From Nemertoderma westbladi (taxonomy: Eukaryota; Animalia; Xenacoelomorpha), in the NCBI GenBank assembly GCA_032718475.1, contig JAUCBJ010009001.1:1-52053 (forward strand): a stretch of DNA of 52,053 bases. The letters run 5' to 3'. Positions 36,275-47,078 of the stretch are shown in pieces. The position numbers and the translations under genes are program-made. Position 1 is the stretch's first letter. Each line of letters begins with the position of its first letter. A model generated the notes under the pieces. It was not told the DNA's origin. It saw nothing but the letters and a program-made list of their open reading frames with translations, and did not search any database.

Positions 36275-39200
36275 TTACGTTATGGAGTCCCTAGATGTTT
36301 GAAGGATTAGGGAGGTGGTCGTGGGAAGAGAATCTTGCCTTCCACAGTTTCCGGAAAGTCCTCCATTCCCTTCCGATAAACACAAACGACCGACTGGGTG
36401 ATTGAGTCGCTGCATCCTGAATACAATTCCAGGTTTCCTCTTCGTCCTGGAATAGTGACGATAGAAACATCGCTCAAAGTATATGACGGCGTCACAAAGC
36501 TGATTCCAGGAGCTATAGTGGTCCGTCGCTCTCTGCAGGAGAGGTGAGAGTCCCTGCGAGACGTCTGATGTTCCAGAGCTCCAATCGCTCTCTCTGATCT
36601 TCATGAAGGATCCACTCGCGGAGGGGAGGCCCAGATCCACGGCGTCGTCCCTGGTAACATGTAATACCGACAGATCTATCCCGGGTTCAAATAACTCCGA
36701 TCCACCCGTCCGGGTTTCAGGTTCGACTTTCTCCGCTCCCTTGGCTGGTCTAATCTCAGTCGGAGTAAGATGGGGAGGCCATTCATTCTCCTTACTCAGG
36801 AAGTCGGGTTCACCTAACCGGTCTATAGTATCTGTCAGTTCTTGAGGAGTTGCTCCTCTGGAAGCGATGTCCGTTGGATTAAACTTCTTGGGGCAATATC
36901 TCCATTGATCTACATTGGAGCTAAGATTGTCATTATCTGAGGAGTGTGGTGTTCCCTCAGTTGGGTCGTCTCCCTCACTAGTATCATCTTCCCATTCACT
37001 CATCTGGCAGACGCGATCTTGAAGCAGTCTTTCCCTGAGCGTTCTACCGGAAGGTCCAGTAAGGTACCAACCTACTCTAGTTCTTACCGCATAGGTCTGT
37101 AGTGGCTGCGGTTGAGCAGGCCGTTTCTCTAATGTCTCCAGCGCCTCATGCGCGTTTTGGCCGATGAGTATTTGCACTCCAGGATAATCAGTCTGGAATC
37201 GAGGTATGTTAAGATGTTGGATGCTCTCATCCTCGTCCCAATTATAAAGGTCTGCTTGAGTAGTAGCGAAGTTCTTTATAGCCACCATTTTCACTGACCT
37301 GATGCTATGTTCTCCTAGTTCGTCCTGGGGGGTGGACAACTCACCTATATAATAGTCGGCAGCTACAGTAGAATTCCAAACCTGCATGATCCCTGACATG
37401 TTTAGCATGGTTCGGAACTTGGGTTGTCCAGCAAAGATGACTTCGGCTAGTTCTTTATCGATGAATGTTCCTGTGCTACCGGAGTCTAGGAGGGCGTTCA
37501 CTATATAGCTCTTCTGAGGTCCGTAGACCCGTAACTGGACTACAGGAAATTCTCGGATTCCTATATTGGAAGTTGGCGCTTTCCAAGATGGTTGTTGATC
37601 AGAAGTAGTTAAGGTAAGGTCGCTGTCTGTGTCTTCCTCATGCACGAGTACTCGATACACTGCGGTGGTGTTTATTAGGTAACAGGATTCGTTTTGGTCG
37701 GAGAACTCGTCCGTATAGAATCCTTCCATCTCAGATTGATCAGTGTCGTTCACATCACTGAATTGGACATGTAGTTCGGACTCACTTACCTGACTCGGGC
37801 TGTTTCGTTCGAATTCCGTGTGCAACAAGATATGATGTTTTGCGCCGCACTTTGCACACCTTGCGTCGGAGTTACAGGTTCGCCGTTGGTGTCCTCGTCT
37901 GAGGCAATTATAACACAACCGCTTATCCCACATGACTTCACGTCTATCCTTTAGTGATTTCCTCAGGAATTTATCACACGCATTTAAACGGTGGGGCCCG
38001 TCGCACAGCACACATTTCGGCTTGATGTTACTTACTTTAACCTGTGCTATGTGGTGCACACTGGTTCTTTCCTCGGGCTTTCTCACCTGAATTCTTTTAG
38101 GAGACGTAGGAAGGGTTTTTTGTACCGGTTCCCTTCTGTCATTGGGTCGAGACTTGGATTTACTTACCTGATCTTTAGGCATTTTATTGACATAAGATCT
38201 GTCAGTGTCTTTCCCGCTGTCCTCTCCTTGAGAAGTTTGGCTTTCACCGTCGTCGGTATAACATACTGGTGTTACCCTTCTCCTAGAAACGGGTTTCTCA
38301 CTTACCTTGTTTTCCAATGTCTTCTCTCTGGACTGCCTTAGGAGCTGTAATTTCACCTCGCTATCCAAGAATGACATGAGATCAGCCATGGTAGGGTCTC
38401 GTTGTTGTTGTTCCATCATATATAACACTTTCTTATCCCAGCGTGTACCTACTCCACCCTTCGGTAAAGCAGAAGCCACTGCTCTAATAACCATAGCACT
38501 CTGATACTCATGAGACTTACCTAGCCAATCTAATTGTCTGCAGATCTCCTGAATTTCATCGGAAAACTCTATAATCCCGCTGCTAATAAACTTTCGGGGC
38601 GCTACCAACTTTGCATACAAATACCCAGCTATGTTATTCCTATTACCATACCTGATGTTTAGTGTATCCCAAACTTGTCTTAATCCGTCTGGATGTCCAA
38701 TAAACCTTAACGCCATTAACTTGGGAGATCCTTCCAAGCACTCGATGAGGTATCTAAGTTTTTCTCCATTAGATAGTACGGAGTTCTGTATGTTATCTTT
38801 GTAATATTCATTAAAAGGTAACCATTTCATCTCATCTCCATTGAACTTAACGATCTCTCCCACCTTTACCGCTTGCCGGGCTTCGGTTCTAGCCATTTGA
38901 CGCGTAAAACTTTCTTGGGCCATCGTGCTATTTAATATCGAGTTATCGGCATATAAATTTCTCGGATTATGATCAGTTCTATATGGAATATCATTATCAA
39001 CAGGTCTATAATTACCCTTAATAGGGTTCACTATAGGAGTTTCTACTTCGCTAGCAGTATAAATGCGTGTAGGCTCCACACCTTGCGCATGCGATACTTC
39101 AGACCTAACAGGTTGACACATTGTTACAGAGGGTGGTGGTATACCTTTTTGAGTATTTACTAATTTATCGCGTTCTAGCGCGATACTTTGCTGCACTTCT

Positions 39201-41257
39201 TGCAACTCTAGCCTACTTTCCCTTACTGTGCCCTTGAACTGCTGGACAGTCTCCTGCATCTGTCCGAGCAGGATATCCATCCCCCGCCGTCTCTCGTCCA
39301 CCCATTCGACCGCCGAAGCGGGAGTCGCCAACGTTGTAGCGGGCGGACGAGGGACAACGGGCGACAAATTATGAATATTTCGCTCGGGGTCCAGGACCTG
39401 AACTGTCTCTGGGGCAGTTCTACGGGGCACAGGTAGCTTAGTGCTATGCAGAGGGAATTTAGAAGTAGTTTCAGGGAGCACAGGTGTGTCTATCACCGAA
39501 GGGGTGATTTCAAGAACAGGCCTAATTATTTCAGGCTCATCTACTATAGTAGGGAGTCTTTCTATTTTAATTATTTGGTCTGTGGGCTCTGTACTACCTA
39601 AGTTGGTGTTATTTAGTTGCCTTCTAACAGCTGGAGGCAAATCAGGCAATTTCTGACGGTGGAATGTTCTTTTACGTCTACTTAGACGAGATCTATTTCC
39701 CTTGCCTTCAGTATCGGTGGTATCGCCTTCCTCAGATGATGTATATCCCTGTCTTTTGGGAGTAGATCTATTCATCATCTGCATATTACTAGCTGTTAAC
39801 TGTTTACTTATGCAGTCTTGATTCTCCTGAATGTTTTCCAATTCTAATTGGATGGTTTCTTCAGCCGCCCTCCGTTCTGCTTCTGCTACTGCTATTTTTC
39901 TTTCCGCTTCGGCCGCAGCTGCCGCTTTTGCCTCTGCCGCTGCCGCCTTTGCCTCTGCCGCTGCCTCTGCTGCTGCCGCTTTTGCCTCGGCCGCTGCCTC
40001 TGCCGCTACCGCTTTTGCCTCGGCCGCTGCCTCTGCCGCTTTTCTATCCGCTTCTGCCGCTGCCACTGCCGCTGCTGCTGTCTTTCTATCTTCTATACGT
40101 TTTTTCTTTACTTGTTCTTCTTGGACTCGTGTCAGGCGGAGTTGTTCATCAAATTTAGCCTGATTCGCAGCCCTCATTTCCACATCGATGGCATCCAACA
40201 CAAGCTTGGTTCCTTCGCTATTAGGGTTAAGTCCATCTAACCTTCTCCTCAACTCGTCATCACCTAAAAAACGCTGATAGTCTGACAGATAGATGTCAAT
40301 GGCATCTCTCTTATGTGGTTTCTCTGCCGTCGCTTCACTTTCCACTTGGGAAAAAGTGGCGTCTGTTGATTCTCCATGGGTTGATCGCTCCTCCAGCTGA
40401 GCTTTCCACTGAGCTGTTCCTTGAACCTGGAGATTCACCCTTTGAAACCAAGTCTTTACGGCGACTTGCAACGACGTGTCTTGTCTTCGTTTAGAAGCTT
40501 CCTCAAAGGCTGATAAGATTAGCCTGATTCGTAGAATTCTTTCTCTAACTTGATAAAGCAGCAATCCCTGCTCTTGAGGTCCTTGAGGTTGTTGAAACAG
40601 TTGTTCTTTTAATCGCTCTATAGAGCTGAAGAATCCCTGTGCGTATCCGGCTGCGGACCTCTTCCACACAGCTGGATCGATGGTTTCCTTGGCTACTCCC
40701 ATCCGGTGTATGTCTTCCCAGGCAGCTTCTGATAAATCAAACGGGAGTCCGGGTCCGGGGAAGTTCCATTGCGACTCGACAATAGACTTCAGTTCTTCAC
40801 TCGTGTATCCCGCATAACTATCTCTAGTTGACCGTTGACTTCTCGCCCAATCGATCTGGTGTTCTTCCACCGCGATCAATAACCTAGTGAGTACGGCTGC
40901 AGGAAGGATGAGAAGGGGATCCGTATAAACCGCATCCGTCATCTCTGCTCCGCGCTCGGGTGTCAGCTCTACAGTATCCTCACTACTGGAGCTGCTGGGC
41001 TGCTGAGGAATAAGTTCTTGACTAGCGGGTTGTTGCTGGTCCGCTGCTTCTTGGTCCCGCTTGACCTCAGCTCGGGTGCCTATGATAGACCTACGATGTT
41101 GGACTAGCCTAGGTTCTGTTATTACTACTGGAGGGATGACCTTCCTCACAGTGGGAGGTGAACTGAACTTACGACCAGACGGTTGTACGTCTCTATCTGA
41201 GTCGCAGATAGTTACATCTAATAAACTGTCTGACAGGTTCTGCTTAGTATCAGACAT
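36275..41257 (-). CDS. BEL/Pao Gag-aspartic protease polyprotein (1660 aa) with an RNase H C-terminal remnant; lacks RT and integrase
   Basis: DUF1759-like Gag (KFNGDEMKWLPF...GEKLRYL...LNIRYGN). Triple Zn knuckle CVLCDGPHRLNAC / CYNCLRRGHQRRTC / CAKCGAKHHILLH. Protease ALLDSGST...ILIG...AVRTRVGW. Then WRYCPKKFNPTDIASRG and YSSW. No YxDD or DDE motifs. Confidence 0.9.
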   Translation of the reverse strand: MSDTKQNLSDSLLDVTICDSDRDVQPSGRKFSSPPTVRKVIPPVVITEPRLVQHRRSIIGTRAEVKRDQEAADQQQPASQELIPQQPSSSSSEDTVELTPERGAEMTDAVYTDPLLILPAAVLTRLLIAVEEHQIDWARSQRSTRDSYAGYTSEELKSIVESQWNFPGPGLPFDLSEAAWEDIHRMGVAKETIDPAVWKRSAAGYAQGFFSSIERLKEQLFQQPQGPQEQGLLLYQVRERILRIRLILSAFEEASKRRQDTSLQVAVKTWFQRVNLQVQGTAQWKAQLEERSTHGESTDATFSQVESEATAEKPHKRDAIDIYLSDYQRFLGDDELRRRLDGLNPNSEGTKLVLDAIDVEMRAANQAKFDEQLRLTRVQEEQVKKKRIEDRKTAAAAVAAAEADRKAAEAAAEAKAVAAEAAAEAKAAAAEAAAEAKAAAAEAKAAAAAEAERKIAVAEAERRAAEETIQLELENIQENQDCISKQLTASNMQMMNRSTPKRQGYTSSEEGDTTDTEGKGNRSRLSRRKRTFHRQKLPDLPPAVRRQLNNTNLGSTEPTDQIIKIERLPTIVDEPEIIRPVLEITPSVIDTPVLPETTSKFPLHSTKLPVPRRTAPETVQVLDPERNIHNLSPVVPRPPATTLATPASAVEWVDERRRGMDILLGQMQETVQQFKGTVRESRLELQEVQQSIALERDKLVNTQKGIPPPSVTMCQPVRSEVSHAQGVEPTRIYTASEVETPIVNPIKGNYRPVDNDIPYRTDHNPRNLYADNSILNSTMAQESFTRQMARTEARQAVKVGEIVKFNGDEMKWLPFNEYYKDNIQNSVLSNGEKLRYLIECLEGSPKLMALRFIGHPDGLRQVWDTLNIRYGNRNNIAGYLYAKLVAPRKFISSGIIEFSDEIQEICRQLDWLGKSHEYQSAMVIRAVASALPKGGVGTRWDKKVLYMMEQQQRDPTMADLMSFLDSEVKLQLLRQSREKTLENKVSEKPVSRRRVTPVCYTDDGESQTSQGEDSGKDTDRSYVNKMPKDQVSKSKSRPNDRREPVQKTLPTSPKRIQVRKPEERTSVHHIAQVKVSNIKPKCVLCDGPHRLNACDKFLRKSLKDRREVMWDKRLCYNCLRRGHQRRTCNSDARCAKCGAKHHILLHTEFERNSPSQVSESELHVQFSDVNDTDQSEMEGFYTDEFSDQNESCYLINTTAVYRVLVHEEDTDSDLTLTTSDQQPSWKAPTSNIGIREFPVVQLRVYGPQKSYIVNALLDSGSTGTFIDKELAEVIFAGQPKFRTMLNMSGIMQVWNSTVAADYYIGELSTPQDELGEHSIRSVKMVAIKNFATTQADLYNWDEDESIQHLNIPRFQTDYPGVQILIGQNAHEALETLEKRPAQPQPLQTYAVRTRVGWYLTGPSGRTLRERLLQDRVCQMSEWEDDTSEGDDPTEGTPHSSDNDNLSSNVDQWRYCPKKFNPTDIASRGATPQELTDTIDRLGEPDFLSKENEWPPHLTPTEIRPAKGAEKVEPETRTGGSELFEPGIDLSVLHVTRDDAVDLGLPSASGSFMKIRESDWSSGTSDVSQGLSPLLQRATDHYSSWNQLCDAVIYFERCFYRHYSRTKRKPGIVFRMQRLNHPVGRLCLSEGNGGLSGNCGRQDSLPTTTSLILQTSRDSIT

Positions 41258-42560
41258 GACTATGTATACCGTTGAATGTCTACTGCTGTATTACAGTCTG
41301 AGTAAGTCTAGTAACTCAGTATTAACTACTAGCCTAGTAATTAATTACCGGTACTGCTACTCAGTGTAGCGTGATATATAATATATTAGAATACCGGTAT
41401 GCTTATAGTATATATAAGTATTATTACAGACTAGGTTTATCTCAGAATACTGGTATAATTTTAGCACAAATATATATAAATATATAATAGGCCTATCGGG
41501 AATACCGGTATACAGCTTACAATTTGTAGTATATATAATTCTGGACTAGAATTAATTACAAGTACCGGTATAATTTCAGCCTAAATTTACAGAAATAAAG
41601 ATAATAGGCCTATCGTAAATACCGGTATATCAATTATTTTAAATAATTGAATTTCTGAACTTTAGGGTTACTTTACTTACTTTATTACCGTTATTTGAAC
41701 AGTAGTCCAACTGATATTGAGACCTAATTGTTGTATGGCAGGCCTACTATTTATAAATCGTTAGATTTGATTTATAATATATATATACCCGTTTTAATGG
41801 GTTTTGTCAATATTTGAAATAAATGTTATTATTTCTGGGGAGTAATCACTACACAAAGCGGTGCGCTTTCAGTGAAGTGTTACTTATAGGACACTAAAAC
41901 AAATAATTCTAATTTACCTAAGTTACTTAATACTACAAATTACGTACGATTCGGGTTGAGATTACAATCTCTAAATAAACACAAAAATTTACAAAAAACA
42001 CAAAATACTAATTTTTAGGGTATTTTTACAAGAAGTCTACAAACCAGTCTAACAAAGGGTTAGAATCTGGTTATTACAACGGACAGGGTACTACGGTATT
42101 TGAAATAATAAGTAGTAGTAAGTACACTGCGTTGTCCAGATAGGAAAATACCACCGCCTGGCGACCTATAGCCGTATCGCTATAGGTTCTACGTTATGTA
42201 TCACGGAGTGTTCCTACCTAGAAGTTAATAGAGCTAATCGAACGTGCCTATCAACCACTTTACAACACAAATATAATGCCTACACTAATTACTTTCAGAA
42301 AGCACTGTACACTAAACCCTAAATTAGGTACGAGTACTTGTACAACAGATAATCAGTAGTTAAATATACTTGAACAGCTAAAAGAACCACGGCATCTGCT
42401 GGAGTGACCGATGCACAAAATCACCAGTCTTTACCTACGCCAAACAGCCCGTGTAGTACCGGGGTTAATTTAACTATAACGGTATGTATAACAAACACAA
42501 TTACTGTAGGAACAAACTTGGGGAATGAATGTTGCGGATAATCGCATAAACTCTGAATAA

Positions 42561-43132
42561 TAAATATTACGCTACGCGTACAAACTACTCAAACAAAATG
42601 CAGACCGAACACTGACAGACTACCATCAAGCCTAAACAAACTACGGTATATGCATACTCCGAAATGATTAGGGAGTATGCGCTCTAACCCAGTAGTGCGA
42701 CTTATTCTTTAGTTGGGGGTTTACCTTACAGCGTTCGCTGCCCCTACTTCCTAACCGTACTTAATCAGACAAATGATCTACACACACTGCAATCCGTTCA
42801 GACCTAATAACAGCCAGACAACTATCCAGCCTACAAATTATCTAAATAAAATTATACGCTACCCGTACAGACTTACACAAACAAAGTACAGACTAAACGA
42901 TGGCAGACTACTCTCAAGCCTAAATAAACCGCAGGACATGCAGACTCCGAAATGATTAGGGAGTATGCGCTCTAACCCAGTAGTGCGACTTATTCTTTAG
43001 TTGGGGGTTTACCTTACAGCGTTCGCTGCCCCTACTGCCTAATCGTACTTAATCGGACAGGTGATCTACACACACTGCAATTCGTTCGGACTTAACAGCA
43101 ATCAGACAACAGCTCAGCCTACAAATCGTCTG
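42561..43132. repeat. Tandem 288-bp duplication in the element's 5' leader with an identical 93-bp core
   Basis: 42656-42748 is identical to 42944-43036; the flanks are diverged but alignable. Confidence 0.92.
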
Positions 43133-43414
43133 TACAATCTGATCAGGCTTACACGTCTTCTGTTCAATACTGGCCTACAAACAAATAAAATTTGACAGAA
43201 ACAAGTAAAATCTCAACAAAAAACCAGGGCTGCAGTCCCTGATTAATTATTAAGGCCTACCGGTATATAATTATCAAAATCGAATAATACTGCTGTACCT
43301 ATACTGCTGTAGGTACCGGTCCGGATGATCAGGCAGTCAGGCCTACTGGTTACCGATCGACCGGTACTTTCAACTAGATTGCTTACACCGCAATCCAGAA
43401 GCAATATCCTTTAA

Positions 43415-44573
43415 TGTTCGCGCTTTTGGCAGTTTAATCCACCAAATTAAGATGTCTTCTAGATATTAAATCGGTTTTTAGTCTATGACAAGTATTTGAT
43501 TCACTACACTAGTCGAAACCAATCTGTGCGCGATCATTCACCCGCTGGATATTCCCGGGAGATTGGGTTCGACGGTTTAATTTTATTGCTATGTAAGCCT
43601 AATGTATTATTCGACTGACAGTATTATATAATCTCTGACAATATTATTCACCTTCGGGAATATTAACAGTTCCTTTAGGACGTGGCGCTTTATCTATATA
43701 AACAGAGTTATGACTTAAACTACTCACAACGATATGGCTCAATTATAATTCACATATATGGCGCATTCTTTAGGAATTGCTTCTTTAACAGACTCACTCA
43801 TACACAATGCTGCACAATACTGCACACTAATCTGCCAATCTTCACTGATTTTAGTCACATATAAAAGGAACACAGACTGACTCGTGTAGGGTCTATCAAA
43901 TAACATTAGATTCACTTCAAACCACTTCAACATAAGTCACAATCGTTATTGGTAACCTTTCTCTCTTACCTTCGGTAGATCAAGAATATTGGGTTTCGGG
44001 GTTATTTATCGTTATTCCAAATATAATAATTCATCAACCATATTATGAAGAACTGACAGTAAATAGCAGTATAAAACAACAATGAAAACACTGATTGTTA
44101 TGAGTTTGCAATGTTTCAGCAGTCAGTATGTATGATCAGTTAGCAGTGAGATATTTACAGTTAAAGGATATATGTCCTTATAATTAAACCTACTAGTGTA
44201 AGACTAGTATGGGCAAAAACATAACACTGAACTACTGAGTTTCTGTATATACCTCCAACACAGAGACAACAAACGCTCTGATTGGTCAACCTGAACAACG
44301 AGAGAACAAAGAAACAAAGAAACGTCGACGTGGCAATATCAGCTGCTAGCCGTCGTCATGGTAGCGACACTGTTTTCAAGAGTATCGAGCTTTTACGTCA
44401 CAGATTGTGGATTATGTCCTCTAAAGTACAAATACAGTACAAATACATAAGAAATGACTTTTATGTCCTCTAAAACACCAGTACAGCAAGGACACGGCCC
44501 TTTTATGCCTGGCAAACCAACTACAGAGTACTTTAAGGGAAAATAACCGGCTAATTACGCAAAAGCTTTTACA
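43415..44573 (-). repeat. 5' LTR (~1.16 kb)
   Basis: TGTTCGCG...AAAAGCTTTTACA; shares the left ~660 bp and short islands with the other LTR. Confidence 0.88.
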
Positions 44574-45289
44574 CCAGCCAAGTGAATGTCCTGGACCGTA
44601 ATTGGTTGTATTCTAGCTTGTTGACCAGGGGAACTATCCAACCAGGGATTATCTTTTCTACCAGTTAGGCTATTAAAGATATTATAATAAAAAAATGTGA
44701 CTATGATATGGAAAAAAACACCATAGCACAAAAAGTATAAATGATGAAAAATATATTTTGTAACCGTCAGAAAGCCAATTAAATTCTAGGAAAAGTCAAT
44801 GAATTTCATAATAATACATAAAAATCATCATGATGAATTTCTAAAAATAAAAAGTGTTGGGCAGATTCTGCCCAACCCCAGGTGGAATATGGTTAAATTA
44901 TTAATTTAATTATTCAAAGAAGACCATGTCAGCCTACCTACTTCATTATATATATTATAGGCATAAATTATTTTAGGAAGAAATATTTATTTTTTAATAG
45001 CCTCGATCTGATACAAACATTTAATTTCAAATTATCAATTAATTTTACGAAATAATATAATATAATGACTAAGAAAATGAAGATATATTTCTTTAACTTA
45101 ATACACGTCATGAATATTAAATTATAATGTTAGCACAAAAGTAAGCATAAAGTAATATAAAGTAAATATATAGATAGAGTAACAGGAAGTAACATGAAGT
45201 AATTTGATATATTTTTTTATTATAATAGAAACCCCGGTGGATAATGGATAAGGGATCCGGTTTAGTGTATACATATTTTTTCTATGCAT

Positions 45290-45678
45290 AAAATAAAAAA
45301 TATTATTATAAATAAACCTAGATCGACCTCAAAAAAAATTCATGTATCACTTTATCACTAGCTTTCAATATAATATGTATATATTTTCCAAGTGTGGAAA
45401 ACCAACTATTTATAAATTACACACCTTTAAAATAATAAACAAATTTAAAATTATATAAACACAATTTAATACAAACACTGGAAAACAAGATCAGGGAAAT
45501 ATACAAACTTTTTAAATAGTGTTTTTACAGTATTTTAAATTTTTTTAATAATTTATAAATATATGGTTTTCTTCAGTTAAAAAAGATGTTACTACATATT
45601 ATATTGAAAGCTAGTGATATATGATTTTTTTCCTGAGGTCGATCTAGGTTTATTTAAAATAATATATTATTTTATTTA
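45290..45678. mobile_element. AT-rich foldback/MITE-like inverted repeat (arms ~125 bp)
   Basis: AAATAAACCTAGATCGACCTCA...ATCACTAGCTTTCAATATAATATGTA (45310-45380) recurs as its reverse complement at ~45593-45657. Confidence 0.8.
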
Positions 45679-46759
45679 ATTATAACCGAATTACTCTTAC
45701 TCCATGTTATATTATTACTAAATTGTTTATACAGTATATTATTGTTCCTAATTTATTTATTTATATGTTATTTATTTATTTGTTACTTTATTTTATTTGT
45801 TACTTATTTGTTAGTTATTTTATTTATAATTTATAACATTATATATCAACTAATACTTACCAACAGAAAGTTGTTTTGTTCCAATATCGTTTGACTCCAT
45901 AAAGTCTCTAATAGACTTTGTAATGTCGTCGGCACTTCGAGACGCTGGTGTGACATGTCCCAGGTATTCTGTATTCCGTTCCTCAATAAGCGATATATGC
46001 TCCTTCTTAGTGAGATTCCCTCATTCATTTAATGGTTTGTTATCTTTCCTTCCGTCAAAGAATAAACTAACAGAGCTAACCGGTATTGATAGCTAGTACA
46101 GTAAAGTCACCAAATTACGGAGTGTGCTATTTGCACTCAGTGTACCTGAGCGCACTAACTAGCACCAGCTCACACCTGTATGTAAATCGTGCAGGTCAAC
46201 TGTGGGGTATCTGTCTGGATCCGAGATATTTTGCTCCTAAATTTAATGTCACGTGTCATGTAATAAAAACTTCACACTGATCTACGGTCTTACAGAGAGC
46301 AAAGGCGTCGCATGAAGACTTACCTCTGGCATGGGCAGTCTCAGGCTGTCGAATCATGTTCTAACTGTGCGTGGGCGATTAGTGTGGGTCCCTTATGCGT
46401 TTGCAGGCATTCCTCCCCCCTTGCGTTGCTGTCACCTAAGGATTTAGGCAGCCATTTGTCTAATGTTCGGCCATCGTCAAGATGGATACGTCAAAACTAC
46501 ATGCTAGAGTTTTTAGTATATTTTAACGTAAAATCGAAAATACAAAACTAACATTTACCAAATAATAAATTTTAAAGTTTAAACTAATGATAAGTAAATT
46601 TACAATAATAAGTAGAAGTGACGTAGTTTACATTTAACAAGTGATAACTAAAGGACTACTACTACTAGGATCGGCATGCTGCATTGCAGCTGCATTTTTA
46701 AGATTGCTGTGCCGGCTTATCGACAAAATTGCACCGCCACAACTCCCTATCAAAAAAAT

Positions 46760-47078
46760 GATGGAAAAAGCCGAAAAGCGATGGAATGGCAGAAAAGCCA
46801 ACCAACCACCAAGGTTAAGGCTGAATCACCAGCCGATCGCCTCAATGGTTGGAAAGCCCACTTTGAAAAGCTCCTCAATAATGACAGGGTATTGCCTGAT
46901 AACTTTATAGAAGTAAGTGTCTGAGTCTGTACTACCAGATATTCCCATTGGCGATATCTCCTTTGCAGAAGTGAAGGCTGCTGCAAAGAGCATTAAGACC
47001 AATCGTGCCAGTGGAGTAGATGGTGTTCCCCCTGAGGTCTTTAAAATACCTGAGTGTTTAAAGCTCATCTATCCCATC
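46760..47078 (+). pseudogene. Internal fragment of an RTE-clade LINE ORF (APE-RT linker)
   Basis: KVKAESPADRLNGWKAHFEKLL and EVKAAAKSIKTNRASGVDGVPPEVFK resemble LKADSPEERVGKWKNHFSNLL and KASGLDEIPAEVWK of the RTE at 27.5-27.9 kb. Confidence 0.8.

Larger units (their letters stand above)
32015..44573 (-). mobile_element. BEL/Pao-derived non-autonomous LTR retrotransposon (Gag-protease only)
   Basis: Two TG...CA LTR-like repeats, a purine tract adjoining the left LTR, and a BEL-type Gag/protease ORF on the minus strand. No TSD. Confidence 0.9.

Noticed and set aside
39831-40240. Plus-strand Ala-, Cys/Arg- and Pro/Leu-rich ORFs
   Set aside because: Antisense readings of the Gag alanine repeat.
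42656-43036. Self-cleaving ribozyme in the duplicated core
   Set aside because: No hammerhead CTGANGA...GAAA core or clear HDV-like pattern visible on either strand; a covariance-model search would be needed.
43380-43414. Canonical tRNA primer-binding site
   Set aside because: No TGG adjacent to the LTR end on the minus strand. The nearest is ~18 nt away and I cannot match it to a tRNA 3' end.
46655-46667. (ACT)4 as the right end of a second Polinton or as an RTE tail
   Set aside because: The adjacent sequence matches neither the 47079 terminus nor the RTE 3' end; it cannot be assigned.
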